The notes: generated by a model from the letters alone, not told the origin. Shown: positions 18,264-28,381, counted from the stretch's first letter. The stretch is DNA of 64,000 nt from Bdellovibrionales bacterium (GCA_964230645.1 CAXRHT010000002.1:192001-256000), one strand, 5' to 3'. Program-made: numbers and translations.

Positions 18264-19069
18264 TAATTGGTAATTTCACGCTCGCCCAGGGGTTGTCTTG
18301 GGCGATTGTTCTCCTGATATTTCGCTCGAAAACGCTCAATCTGCTCTTTACTAAGTTGTAAAGGGGTATTGAAAACAAACCACTGCACGCCCTCTAGGCA
18401 AGGTGGGTGAGTGAGTGAGCCTTCATAATGATAAAAGGTTTTACGAGGAGGAATCAATTGCTCGGGATTGAAGCGAAAGGCACTTGAGGATTGATAATTG
18501 GGGAGATTGTTGGTTTTTTGCCAAAGATCATCAAACCAAGCACTCCCTCTGCCTTCGACCACAAAAAGGCTTATAATGGCCTGTCTTAAGCCATTGGAAG
18601 AGCGGTGATAAAATTGCAATTCCATGGGCAGTTGGTTACCTGACAAGCTGTGCTCGCTGGGAGAGCGTACTTCAATTTTTTCAAGGAGAAAATCTCTACC
18701 TTGATAGCTGATTTGACTTTGGGGAGTTAAATCCACTCTCAAGGTGTAACCGGCATCAATGATCGTAGCATTCCCCGGTTTATAATCGATGGTCAATGGA
18801 TTGGGTTTTTGAGGGCGATGCCAAACGAGATTGACTGGTGACTGCTGCTCACCTGAGGAACACATATCGTATTGTTTATTAAGATTCGCCCAATTCTGAG
18901 GCCCTCTTTTTCCCTCACTGTAGTCCCAACTCCAAATATCTTTTTTACCTTGATTGGCTCCAGGTGGTGGTTGAGGAGCTTGTGGTTTTACCTCCTCTAC
19001 GGGAGGTCTTGATGAACAAGAAACAGTTAATAAGGCAAAACAGAAGAATCCTAGTAAAGCTGCACGCAT
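18260..19069 (-). CDS. Alpha-carbonic anhydrase-fold lipoprotein lacking the Zn-binding histidines
   Basis: WDYS..GPQNW, C..GEQQSPVN, PSEH, YEGSLTHPPCLEGVQW, NNRPRQPL. The HxH position reads EVR and ELH reads ELQ. ATG at 19069. Confidence 0.85.
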   Translation of the reverse strand: MRAALLGFFCFALLTVSCSSRPPVEEVKPQAPQPPPGANQGKKDIWSWDYSEGKRGPQNWANLNKQYDMCSSGEQQSPVNLVWHRPQKPNPLTIDYKPGNATIIDAGYTLRVDLTPQSQISYQGRDFLLEKIEVRSPSEHSLSGNQLPMELQFYHRSSNGLRQAIISLFVVEGRGSAWFDDLWQKTNNLPNYQSSSAFRFNPEQLIPPRKTFYHYEGSLTHPPCLEGVQWFVFNTPLQLSKEQIERFRAKYQENNRPRQPLGEREITNY

Positions 19070-19144
19070 GTTTGTGGCCCCTTTTGGTATAACTCTATTA
19101 TGACTGAAGAAATTAAAAAGCAAAAGTGAGGCTCAAGACTTAGG

Positions 19145-19882
19145 TCAAGCCTCATCCTCGTCGACAGGACCAATTTTGGGCTGAAGCCAGGCGACGAGAC
19201 CATAAAGTGGGAGGGTGTCTAGTAATGCCACTGTCCATTTGAAAAGATAATTACTAAGGAGAAGGGTCACAAAGGCATTGATTGTGATTCCACCATTTAA
19301 GAGGCTCTGCCCAAAGGTGACACCAATCACAACCACCGAATCGAGCAACTGGGAAACCATAGTGCTTAAATTGTTTCTTAACCACAAGGCTCTGCCTCCG
19401 GTTTTCTTTTTGATGAAATGAAAGATTTGAACGTCTACGAATTGAGCTAGGATATAGGCCATCATTGAGGCAAAGACGGCTCCGGCTGAGCAGGAAAATA
19501 GAATATCAAACATTTCTACTCGTCCCTCTATAACTTTGCCAGTGGCTAAGAGAATGGGGTCTTTAAGACTCAAGGTCTGCCAAGGAGGTTGTGCTTCAGG
19601 GGAGACGGCCGGGAATTGCGAGGCTAAATAAAGAAAACCAAAGATAAAAAAGTTTAGACCCAGTCCCACCCACACCACAAAGTTTGCTCGTTTTTTTCCG
19701 TAGAGCTCACTGATCAAATCCGTGACCAAAAATGTGAGCGGGTAGGGAAGCACACCCACAGCAAGTGTAAAGGGCCCCAGCTCTACAAAACGAGTGATCC
19801 CCACAATATTGAGTAATGTCATAAAGCAAAAGAAAAGAGCACTAAGGATAATAAATATTTTTTCTCTCTGGGGAAATTCCAT
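19145..19882 (-). CDS. yhhQ: Queuosine precursor transporter (YhhQ/VUT family)
   Basis: GVLPYPLTFLVTDLISELYG, ASMMAYILAQFVDV, LWLRNNLSTMVSQLLDS. Confidence 0.85.
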   Translation of the reverse strand: MEFPQREKIFIILSALFFCFMTLLNIVGITRFVELGPFTLAVGVLPYPLTFLVTDLISELYGKKRANFVVWVGLGLNFFIFGFLYLASQFPAVSPEAQPPWQTLSLKDPILLATGKVIEGRVEMFDILFSCSAGAVFASMMAYILAQFVDVQIFHFIKKKTGGRALWLRNNLSTMVSQLLDSVVVIGVTFGQSLLNGGITINAFVTLLLSNYLFKWTVALLDTLPLYGLVAWLQPKIGPVDEDEA

Positions 19883-20114
19883 TTATCAACTCCGCTCTCG
19901 ACTTTCAAAAGTCACTCGGAAATTTAACCGAAAGCCAATACATTCGTGTCTATTTATGAGACGTCTGTTTGTACTTTTTACCAGTTTTAGTAGTTTATGG
20001 AAGGATTTTTACTTAAAAATGATTCAAAAGTGGACCCAAAGACTAGGTTTTGCTAAATTTAAGAAGGATCGCGTAAGAGCCTTAATGGGGGACTCTTTTA
20101 TTCCGATACAGGAT

Positions 20115-20438
20115 ATGATGAAACAGTTTTCAATACTTCTATTTGTCTTTTTATTTTCGACCACTCTGTGGGCACAGTCTTCTGATGAAAAGAAGCAAGA
20201 AAACCCTTGTGATGTCGAATCCAATGATCCGAATCTCAATCGCATTGGCTGTGAGGACGGAACTTCCGTAAACGAAATGCAAGTTCTCTACAATGGTTTC
20301 CAACCTTATGCTGTTGTTGGCGATGCCGTAACTCTTGGAGGGCCAACGGAAACTCCTTTTCGCCCTGAAGGCAGTAACGGTATTAGTAACTCTCAAAGTG
20401 GTAACACCTCTCCCTCTGGAGACGGCTCTTCCCAATAA
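20115..20438 (+). CDS. Small secreted hypothetical protein
   Basis: MMKQFSILLF...LWA| signal; preceded by sigma28-like TAAT-N15-TCCGATAC (20083-20109). The ORF track over-extends it to 19794. Confidence 0.65.
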   Translation: MMKQFSILLFVFLFSTTLWAQSSDEKKQENPCDVESNDPNLNRIGCEDGTSVNEMQVLYNGFQPYAVVGDAVTLGGPTETPFRPEGSNGISNSQSGNTSPSGDGSSQ

Positions 20439-20548
20439 AAAATTAGGGACCAAGGTTTCATTGCCAAGGTCCCCATTCTGTCTTTCCAGGTGTTTTCTTT
20501 GCTGAATATTCCAGTTGATTCTACAGTGTTTTCCTGGCTGGTCTGATG

Positions 20549-21100
20549 TTAGTCACGTTGCTGTTGTTGCCTTCTTGCCTCTCGCTCCGCTTTGTTTTTA
20601 TCGTAGGCTTGTTCATCCCACATTTTTCCAAAGCGAAGACTGGCTAATTGTACGCAGCCCCTTCCGTAGGTCACATTTCCAATACCCGCTGAAACTCCCA
20701 CACTGTCGAAGTCAGCCTGTACAGAAACAGCCAGTGAACTGTGTCCCGGAACAACGGGTCCCACTTCTGCAAGAGCAATCAGTTGTTGAACATTCTTTCG
20801 GGTAAGATCAAATCCTAGATCAGCTGACACCAAAGAGAGATCAATTTCCATAGCACAGTGACCGATTCCAATATTAGCCCCAAACATTGGGATGACAATG
20901 TTAGAAGCATATCGTTTTCCGTCGGTTCCATTACAGGTAATTGTTCCCCTAGTCTCTGAACCCCCAATAAGAACCAGTGATGTATTGGTTCCGGCAGTGT
21001 TAACAGAGCAAGAGCTAAATTTAGGTCCACTCGCTTGAGCCTCGAAGCTCACAATTAGAGCCACAAATAGAGCAGCGGCTGTCGTAAAAATGTTTTTCAT
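20549..21100 (-). CDS. Secreted hypothetical protein
   Basis: Strong SD AAGGAGG, signal peptide (AQA|S), 4 Cys. Confidence 0.75.
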   Translation of the reverse strand: MKNIFTTAAALFVALIVSFEAQASGPKFSSCSVNTAGTNTSLVLIGGSETRGTITCNGTDGKRYASNIVIPMFGANIGIGHCAMEIDLSLVSADLGFDLTRKNVQQLIALAEVGPVVPGHSSLAVSVQADFDSVGVSAGIGNVTYGRGCVQLASLRFGKMWDEQAYDKNKAEREARRQQQQRD

Positions 21101-21460
21101 AATGTCCTCCTTCTCAGTTGGTAAACTGAGTTCTATTGTTTGGCTTTTAAATAGGGCCCATATCCAAAAGCATTCCCTTGACCCGATCCGTCTTGGTTTG
21201 AAACCTCACTTATCGAGTCAGGGGCATCATGCAATTTTGATTTGTGTTTTTGAACCCAAAGTTTGAATTGCAGTAAATGTTCAATGATTCCAAATTGGAA
21301 CCAGGCTTAAGTGGCTAAAAATCCGCAAAAAATTTATGACATTTTTTCCTGTCTAACATTTGACGGCTGACTCAAAGAATGTGCCAAGGTCGAGTCGAGG
21401 CTCAATTTTTTACTTTATTCTACCTCCACACGAAAAAGAACAATCTGTCGGGATCAGGCT

Positions 21461-21487
21461 TAAGTACTTTCCCTTAATTTCCGAAAA
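21461..21487 (+). promoter_or_regulatory. sigma28-like promoter
   Basis: TAAG-N15-TCCGAAAA just upstream of the ATG at 21514. Confidence 0.5.
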
Positions 21488-21513
21488 TAAATAAAGAGAA
21501 CAAGAGGTCTTTT

Positions 21514-21945
21514 ATGAACCAAAATGACAAAGTTAAAACGATCACCTACCTTCCAGGAGAATTTATCCTCAGAGAAGGAGCCAAGTGTGACTCTCTATTC
21601 ATCGTTAAAACAGGTCAGGTTCAAATCTACCGCCTTGATTCACGTAAAAATAAAATCGTTATGGGAATGGTTCAGTCCGGTGAGTACCTAGGGGAAATGG
21701 CTCTTCTATCGTCAAAACCTCATTCCGCCAACGCCGTTGCATTAACAAGAACCGAGTGTGTGAAACTTTCAAGTCATGTATTAGAAGAAGAACTCAAGAA
21801 AGTTCCCAAATGGCTTTCCGCTCTCACAAGAGGCCTCGTGTTTAAACTCAACAGAACCAATGAAGTTCTACGCAGAAACGGTATCAACGACGAATCCCTC
21901 ACAACCGCAATCCGCGCCATCCAAGACAAAGAAAAAGCCGCCTAA
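21514..21945 (+). CDS. Stand-alone cyclic-nucleotide-binding domain protein
   Basis: GEFILREG, LFIVKTGQV, GEYLGEMALL, HSANAVA; no HTH domain. Confidence 0.85.
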   Translation: MNQNDKVKTITYLPGEFILREGAKCDSLFIVKTGQVQIYRLDSRKNKIVMGMVQSGEYLGEMALLSSKPHSANAVALTRTECVKLSSHVLEEELKKVPKWLSALTRGLVFKLNRTNEVLRRNGINDESLTTAIRAIQDKEKAA

Positions 21946-21959
21946 CCGCATCACCCCAG

Positions 21960-22086
21960 GGTACCTGCTTCCCATTGGTAGCAATGGGGCGTCAGAATAA
22001 GGTGAAGGCGATACTTTCAAAACGCAAAAAACTCCAGGTAGATCGTCAAATTAACGCAATAGCGCTACCAATGGGAAGCAGGTACC
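21960..22086. repeat. MITE-like element with 23-bp perfect terminal inverted repeats
   Basis: GGTACCTGCTTCCCATTGGTAGC (21960-21982) and its reverse complement at 22064-22086; between convergent genes. Confidence 0.85.
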
Positions 22087-22105
22087 TTTTGGTGAAGTGG
22101 GGGAG

Positions 22106-23509
22106 TTACTTTTGGGACATTGGGACCTTTAGTTTTTTTGAAAAGTAGGGGGAGGTCTTTTTTACTCCCTTGGAGATTACCTGGATATTGAGGTTTTCGT
22201 CTAAACTGGAATCAACCACGAGGTAGTTGTGCTCTTTTGTTGAAACGATCCTTCTTGGATTGTCGAGCCAACTTTCTTTTTCTGAGTCCGAACGAAAAAT
22301 GAAACTATGGATGGGACTTGAGGTAATCTCAAACGTTTCGTAGCCGAGGAGATCTTTTTCAATTTTAGCAATCTCTGAGTAGTGGATATCTCCTGACAAA
22401 AATACCACAGGTTGTTTAATGTTTTTCAAGTCTTTGAGGAGTTTTTGAAAATGTTTGGGATGATCAGCGATAAAGGTTTCATTGAGCTGCTTTTTTGAGC
22501 CGTCATCTCTTGTTACTACTGTGGCTTTGGTAAAAAACTGGCCACCATTGGCTAACCAAATAGGGCCCTTTGCTTCTTTGATCTCTCTTTCAAACCACTG
22601 ATGCTGAGCCTTTCCCCATTGTCCGAAAAGCGCTGTTTTGGATGGGTCCCTAAAATAACGGTTATCCATAAAGATAAATTTCTGACCAAAACCTTGGAAA
22701 CTAAACGAGACCCCATTTTTTGAAATATCAATGGATCCTTTTACAGGCTCGCCTCCAAAAAATGCGGTGTAGATTTTTTTAGCAGCCACTTTGCTTTTAA
22801 AGTTTTTATCCGAATTATTGGTTCCGAAGTCATGATCATCCCAAACTGAAAAAATAGGAATGAGTTCTCTGTTTTGAAAAAGAGGAATTTTGCGAAAAGC
22901 ATCGATATAACGTGTCCATATGTCGAACTCACTGGCCTCTTCTCGTTTTACAAAGTCGAAGTCATCGACATAGACCTGATCTCCGAGTAGCACCATGAAG
23001 TCGGCTTCTTGCTCCATCATTTGATCCCAAATGCGAGACCGTACATGTTCGTAGGCATGGGAATCAGACATACAGGAACCAAGGATAAAACGAGTTTTTT
23101 TATTTTTAAGTGGAAGAGTTTTAAAAGTGCGCCAGTCAATAGCGTAGCGACGAAATTTATTCACCATACTAATTTGGTAGGTTTTACCTGGATCTAAATC
23201 TTTAATAAAAACTCGGTCCACCTCCCAATGAATTCTAGGCCCTTTAGTGGTTTTAATGACCTTTAACTCACGCCCTTTTTTCCAGCTATCTACCTGACCC
23301 TTTTGGTATTCAGAAACATAGTAGGTGAGCCTGGAATAACGGGGTCGTAGAATATTAATGCTGGTCTCTTTATCAGTTGTCATGGTTTGAAAGACAGAGA
23401 CCCAGCCTGGGGCCTTGGTACGATCACCTTCTACACTGGTGAAACTACTGACTGTATTAGACTGACAATGGGTCAGGACTAGGAAGACAAGGGGAAGTAA
23501 CGATCGCAT
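22106..23509 (-). CDS. phoD: PhoD-family alkaline phosphatase/phosphodiesterase, probable lipoprotein
   Basis: GSC, LGDQVYVD, WDDHDFGTNN, DNRYFR, LSGDIH. Confidence 0.85.
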   Translation of the reverse strand: MRSLLPLVFLVLTHCQSNTVSSFTSVEGDRTKAPGWVSVFQTMTTDKETSINILRPRYSRLTYYVSEYQKGQVDSWKKGRELKVIKTTKGPRIHWEVDRVFIKDLDPGKTYQISMVNKFRRYAIDWRTFKTLPLKNKKTRFILGSCMSDSHAYEHVRSRIWDQMMEQEADFMVLLGDQVYVDDFDFVKREEASEFDIWTRYIDAFRKIPLFQNRELIPIFSVWDDHDFGTNNSDKNFKSKVAAKKIYTAFFGGEPVKGSIDISKNGVSFSFQGFGQKFIFMDNRYFRDPSKTALFGQWGKAQHQWFEREIKEAKGPIWLANGGQFFTKATVVTRDDGSKKQLNETFIADHPKHFQKLLKDLKNIKQPVVFLSGDIHYSEIAKIEKDLLGYETFEITSSPIHSFIFRSDSEKESWLDNPRRIVSTKEHNYLVVDSSLDENLNIQVISKGVKKTSPYFSKKLKVPMSQK

Positions 23510-23602
23510 ATAGACTCCTTTAAACTAAAAGGAGTCTTTTATAACGAAAGCCCTTTGAAGACAAAAGTCTCTCAGGGTATTTCCCTTAAAAAATGAGTAG
23601 GT

Positions 23603-24244
23603 TCACTGACAGACTGTTTTTTGGCCTAAGAGACCTTCTTTGAGAGAATCGTCTGATGCGTCGGGTCCAAAGAGACTGTTCTGCACAATGCGCGAGTACT
23701 CCGCACTATAGATGGGAGGATAAGTCTCATTGCCGTTAACTTCGAATTCAAAGCGGTTCGGAAAGGCAATAATGTAAAGAGATTCATTCTTTTTAACATC
23801 GCGAAAATAACTCAAAAATTGCTTGTGGAAACTGTCAAGGGCTGCACAGCGCTGGCCACAAAGACGATGAAACTCATCATCCCAAGCATCCACCAAAGTT
23901 TTCTTACTGGCATTTCTTAAAACGTGAACTATGCCTACCTTGTGTTGGTTGGACTTTACAATTGCAGCTCCGTTTTGAGAGGGGCGCTCCAGGTAAAGAG
24001 CGCCATAAAAAGCCTTGAAGAATAAAACCTTTTTTAGTCCAACCCCATTAAGAAACAAACGTCGGTACTGACCGGAATCATCTTTCACTTGGGTTTCCTC
24101 TAAAAAGGCGATTCCTCCGTCGCAATAAACCTTGGCTTGAGATTGAAAACTGAAAAACAAGACACTCACGAAAAAAAGTTTTAACACCACACCCCTCCCT
24201 GGATACTTTTTGGTTATTTCACCACGAAAATAAAGGCCAGACAA
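23603..24244 (-). CDS. Chalcone-isomerase-like secreted protein
   Basis: LFLNGVGLKKVLFFKAFYGALYL and LKEGLLG. True start is probably GTG at 24187-24190 after GGAGG. Confidence 0.75.
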   Translation of the reverse strand: MSGLYFRGEITKKYPGRGVVLKLFFVSVLFFSFQSQAKVYCDGGIAFLEETQVKDDSGQYRRLFLNGVGLKKVLFFKAFYGALYLERPSQNGAAIVKSNQHKVGIVHVLRNASKKTLVDAWDDEFHRLCGQRCAALDSFHKQFLSYFRDVKKNESLYIIAFPNRFEFEVNGNETYPPIYSAEYSRIVQNSLFGPDASDDSLKEGLLGQKTVCQ

Positions 24245-24472
24245 GGCTCCTTTGATTCAGGTTAAGACACAAGCGTTACAAAATAGTACAGCTGATCACT
24301 CTCTTTTAAATTTATTAAAAAAATTATTAAACTCGCCGATTTTTCTTTAATAAATCGTTTCAAAACATTGAAAAATGTTGGTTTTTCTTAAATTGATACG
24401 TCTAAATCTTAGGGGGCTGTAAATGGACTTGGCGCTAAAAAAAATTTTAGATAGCCGTATTAGATCTGAGTT

Positions 24473-24488
24473 CGGCACGGGACCTGCA
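24473..24488 (+). promoter_or_regulatory. sigma54 -24/-12 promoter
   Basis: CGGCAC-GGGAC-CTGCA (GG-N10-GC) upstream of the 24579-29568 operon. Confidence 0.6.
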
Positions 24489-24578
24489 ATATCTAAGAAT
24501 GGGTCGCCTTGTGGTGGGAATAAGAAAAACTAAATAAAATGAAACCATAAGAGCAAGAATTAATGCAAAGGGGTATTA

Positions 24579-26240
24579 ATGATTTGGGTGCGTTCTGTTT
24601 TTTTAAACAGTCAAAAATCTAAAATATTGTTGTCGCTAATGGCAATCTTCATGACCTTTCCATCACTAGCTCAAGTTTCTGTAAACCCATCGACAACAAC
24701 AGGCAGTATGTCTTTTAATCTCAACTCAGATCAAATCCTTTCAGTGCGCCTGCAAGTTACTGATGCGGATTACACCAATGAGGGACAGCTATTTGTAAAC
24801 GGGCAGGGACCTATTGAACTCTTTGATGGTGTCGATTCTGCCAACAATGACAAAACGATCTATTTTAATGTCAACATCGGCAACAATCAGGCCGATTGGT
24901 TTAATTATAATGGGGCGAGAAACGATTTAGAGTTTCGCTTTTTTGATGACCCTCAAAACGCGGGTGTTAACGATGGTTTTACTATTATATCAGTAAAGCC
25001 CATCACCGAGCTTCCTAAGAAAGTCTATGACGCTGTTCCTGTAAGAACCGACGGTGAAATTTCACAAGCTCGCTTCAAAGCACTTGATATTTATAAAAGA
25101 CTTGTCGGTGTGCGTGTTCCCATCGACCACCCAATATTAGTCGAAATGGAAGAATTAGTTGCAAGGGGAGACCTTACGGGTGCTGCTCAGATCGCCACGA
25201 ACGAGCCCGGGTTTTATAACCTTGTGGTCAGAGACTTCGCTGCGCGAATGTCGACAAGAGATCAAAGTATTAATGAAGAATTTAATGATTTTATAGCGAC
25301 CTTTATTGGTGTGACCAGAGATGATATTGATGCAAGACAGCTATTGACCGGGAGCTTTTATTATAAAGGTTCTATTGATGCCCCAGTAGACGCAGATATT
25401 ATGGACGACATTCTCGGCTCCAATGATCACTATCAGCAACTCGCTGGGCAAAACTACGATTTTGCTACCGTTCTTGAAAGAGAGAACACCCAATATATAA
25501 GAACAAATAACGATGACAATTATATCGAGCATCCCGATGCTGCGGGAGTGATTACCTCTCGAGCCTTCATGGGCGCTCATGCCATTGATGGAACGAACCG
25601 TCGTCTGGTTGAATACACTGTGAAGCAATTTGCCTGTTTTGATCTTGAGGAATGGGCTGATGCCACAGCTCCAGACACTCGCGTGGGACCCGATATTGAT
25701 CGTTTCCCTGGGGGAGAGGGATCGAAGTATTTGACGACCTGTAAAGCCTGTCACTCAGTGATGGATGGTTTCCGTGGAGCTTTTGCAAAATATGATTTTG
25801 ATAACAACTATGTACGCTACCGCACCGATGGACGAGATAGAAACACCAATGGAAATAACCTTGGTCAGAGAATCGAAATTTCAGGAATCGATAATAAGAT
25901 GAACCAAAACCATTCGACTTTTAGCAATGGTTACATCACTCGTGACAATAGTTGGATTAACAACGCTCGAAGTCCTGCGAACGTTCAGAAGTTTGGATGG
26001 CGGGGAGTGGTTTCTGCTGGTAACGGTGTAAAACAGTTTGGTCGTGCCATTGCCAATTCAAAAGCCTTTTCACGATGTATGACCAAAAAGGTTTACCGTG
26101 AACTCTGTCGTAGGCCTGTTGCTTCCTTTGAAACTTCAATGGTGGAGTCGATGGCTCAATCTTTTGAAAGCAGCGGTTATAAATTGAAAAAACTCTTTGA
26201 AGATATAGCAGTCAGACCGGAATGTTTGGGGGTCAGATAA
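24579..26240 (+). CDS. Secreted protein with CxxCH and DUF1585-like C-terminus
   Basis: IYKRLVG, AAGVITSRAF, GTNRR, CKACHSVMDGFRGAF, FSRCMTKKVY...YKLKKLF. Confidence 0.75.
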   Translation: MIWVRSVFLNSQKSKILLSLMAIFMTFPSLAQVSVNPSTTTGSMSFNLNSDQILSVRLQVTDADYTNEGQLFVNGQGPIELFDGVDSANNDKTIYFNVNIGNNQADWFNYNGARNDLEFRFFDDPQNAGVNDGFTIISVKPITELPKKVYDAVPVRTDGEISQARFKALDIYKRLVGVRVPIDHPILVEMEELVARGDLTGAAQIATNEPGFYNLVVRDFAARMSTRDQSINEEFNDFIATFIGVTRDDIDARQLLTGSFYYKGSIDAPVDADIMDDILGSNDHYQQLAGQNYDFATVLERENTQYIRTNNDDNYIEHPDAAGVITSRAFMGAHAIDGTNRRLVEYTVKQFACFDLEEWADATAPDTRVGPDIDRFPGGEGSKYLTTCKACHSVMDGFRGAFAKYDFDNNYVRYRTDGRDRNTNGNNLGQRIEISGIDNKMNQNHSTFSNGYITRDNSWINNARSPANVQKFGWRGVVSAGNGVKQFGRAIANSKAFSRCMTKKVYRELCRRPVASFETSMVESMAQSFESSGYKLKKLFEDIAVRPECLGVR

Positions 26241-26241
26241 T

Positions 26242-26880
26242 ATGAACTTAAAAAAGTCTTTAATCAAACTTACAAGTTTTTGCTTGGCCTTTGGGATGAT
26301 CTCAGTGACATACCAGAACTGTGGGTCTCCGGATGCCAACAACGGTGGTGCGGTGAGTTCATCAGCAGACAATGGTGATATCATCCCTATCCCAAATACA
26401 AAAACAGCTTCCATCCAGAGAGCCTCACGAGTTCTTGACAATTTGGTGTCCTGTCTTGGAACCGGAGAGCCCAGTAACGACGCTAGGGATGCTTGGCAGA
26501 ACAACCGAGGCACTATTTCAGAGGAAGGTTTAGCGAACTCGATGACTCAGCCTATGGCCAAAGCCTTGGTGTCTATTTCAGCGGAGGTTTGTGATGACCT
26601 TATGAATCAAGAAAGATCACTGGATGTGGATCAGAGACGTATCTTTCTTGAAATTGACTTTGATAACGGTGGAGTGGCTCGCTCGGATTTAGGATTAGCA
26701 GCCAAACGTCTGGCCAGATCTTGCTGGGGACGCAATGCTACTGATGATGAGCTGGGAATGATTATTTCGAATATCGACTCAAATTTTTCATCCGGAGAGG
26801 ACAATCGCGACACAACTCGCTTGAAAGCTGTTTACTTATGTACAGCAATGGCGGCTTCCTTTTCCACTTTTGAAATGTAA
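26242..26880 (+). CDS. Lipoprotein, DUF1595-like helical domain
   Basis: YQN|C lipoprotein-type signal; LARSCWGRNATDDE resembles FGQRAFRRPLSDEQ in the 9265-11052 protein. Confidence 0.65.
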   Translation: MNLKKSLIKLTSFCLAFGMISVTYQNCGSPDANNGGAVSSSADNGDIIPIPNTKTASIQRASRVLDNLVSCLGTGEPSNDARDAWQNNRGTISEEGLANSMTQPMAKALVSISAEVCDDLMNQERSLDVDQRRIFLEIDFDNGGVARSDLGLAAKRLARSCWGRNATDDELGMIISNIDSNFSSGEDNRDTTRLKAVYLCTAMAASFSTFEM

Positions 26881-26890
26881 CGGGGTAACA

Positions 26891-28381
26891 ATGAGTGATA
26901 AAAAGATAAAAAAAGAAATGATGGCCGAACAACAAGAGGCCAAACGCAAAGAGCTAGAGAAGAATTACAAGGACTACTGTCTCTCCCACAATAAGCGGCC
27001 TATGACCCGCAGGGATTTACTCAGTGCTGGTGTCTATAGTTTTGCAGCCTCAATGACATTACCCACTTTGGCTGGAATGATGGCGCCTCGAACCGCTTTC
27101 GCTCAGGCAGCCAACTGTCCTTCGGCCAGCAGTGGCTCGAGCATGATTCCCTTTGTCACTTTAAACCTTTCAGGAGGAGCGGGCTTAGCGGCCAATTATG
27201 TTCCCACCGATGCTGGTGGAAACCTTCTTCCTACTTATAACAAACTCGGAATGGGGAATAGCTCCTTAAACATCGAAACTGAGTTTGGCAATGTGCCTTT
27301 TGCTGGAGATGACGGAACGGGAGTTTTGATTTCAAAACTTCTCACAGAGTTAAGAAACAATTCGACTCCCGCAACACTTGCCAATACGGCTTTTGTAGCG
27401 ATTCCGGTTCGCTCGCGCGATGACTCTAGCATGAATCCTTTTGACGCCTCAGGTATGGTCGCTAAAGCTGGTCTTGTGGGATCGGATCTTCCAAATCTTG
27501 GAAGGAGAGCCAGTGACACAGGAACTCGCCAAATGTATGCGAAGATAAAACCGCCCACACCTCTTATCGTCGGAAACTATGATGATATTGCCAGTGCCTT
27601 GGCTCTAGGAGCCACGGGCCCTCTATCTAATCTAAACGATGAAAAAAAGGTTTCACTAGTGAAATTGGTTAATAACCTGAGTGATTCTCAGGTTCAAAAA
27701 GTGAATGCGGATGCGGGTGGACGAATGCTCGCCAACCTTGTGCGCTGTTCAACTGGTAAAAACGTGGAACTTTCACAAAAACCCCAACCCACAGTGGATG
27801 TAAGACAAGACGCCTCTCTGGCTTCCGTTTGGGGAGTCGACGGTGGCACAAACTCTCGTGACGAGAGTGTGGTTTTTGGTTCTATGGTGAATGCCGGTCT
27901 TTTAGGCTATGCAGGAACTGTAAACTTAGAAAGGGGTGGTTACGACTACCATAATGGAACTCGTACCACAGGAGATGACCGAGATGGTCGTGCCGGTGCC
28001 GTTATTGGAAGAATTTTAGAAAGTGCCGCTGCTTTAAATAAAAAAGTTTTTATCTACGTGACCTCTGATGGAGCTGTCGTGTCACCAGAAAGTGACGACC
28101 GAGCTGCACCTTGGAGAAGTGACCGAGGATCCGCAGGAATGGCTTATATTCTTGCCTATGATCCATCCGGACGCCCTCAAACCAGCGGACACCAAATTGG
28201 TCAATTTACCGCAGCACAAGCGGCTGATGACAAGTTTGTAACAGGAAACAATCCAGAGCTGGCCGCGTCGGCCGCTGTGGCTAATTATTTAAAATTTAAC
28301 AACCGAATGGATTTAATAGAACCGGTGTTAGGAAGTACGTTTACTTCAGCTCAGTTAGCTCAAATTTTAAAATTTGGCTAA
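26891..28381 (+). CDS. Tat-exported DUF1501/DUF1552-like protein
   Basis: MTRRDLL Tat motif, AFA|Q cleavage; LNLSGGA, RSRDD..NP, GGYDYH, VTSDG. Confidence 0.7.
   Translation: MSDKKIKKEMMAEQQEAKRKELEKNYKDYCLSHNKRPMTRRDLLSAGVYSFAASMTLPTLAGMMAPRTAFAQAANCPSASSGSSMIPFVTLNLSGGAGLAANYVPTDAGGNLLPTYNKLGMGNSSLNIETEFGNVPFAGDDGTGVLISKLLTELRNNSTPATLANTAFVAIPVRSRDDSSMNPFDASGMVAKAGLVGSDLPNLGRRASDTGTRQMYAKIKPPTPLIVGNYDDIASALALGATGPLSNLNDEKKVSLVKLVNNLSDSQVQKVNADAGGRMLANLVRCSTGKNVELSQKPQPTVDVRQDASLASVWGVDGGTNSRDESVVFGSMVNAGLLGYAGTVNLERGGYDYHNGTRTTGDDRDGRAGAVIGRILESAAALNKKVFIYVTSDGAVVSPESDDRAAPWRSDRGSAGMAYILAYDPSGRPQTSGHQIGQFTAAQAADDKFVTGNNPELAASAAVANYLKFNNRMDLIEPVLGSTFTSAQLAQILKFG

Noticed and set aside
19883..20080. 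preQ1 riboswitch upstream of yhhQ
   Set aside because: I could not find the preQ1-I stem/loop with its A-rich tail by eye; an Infernal scan would be needed.
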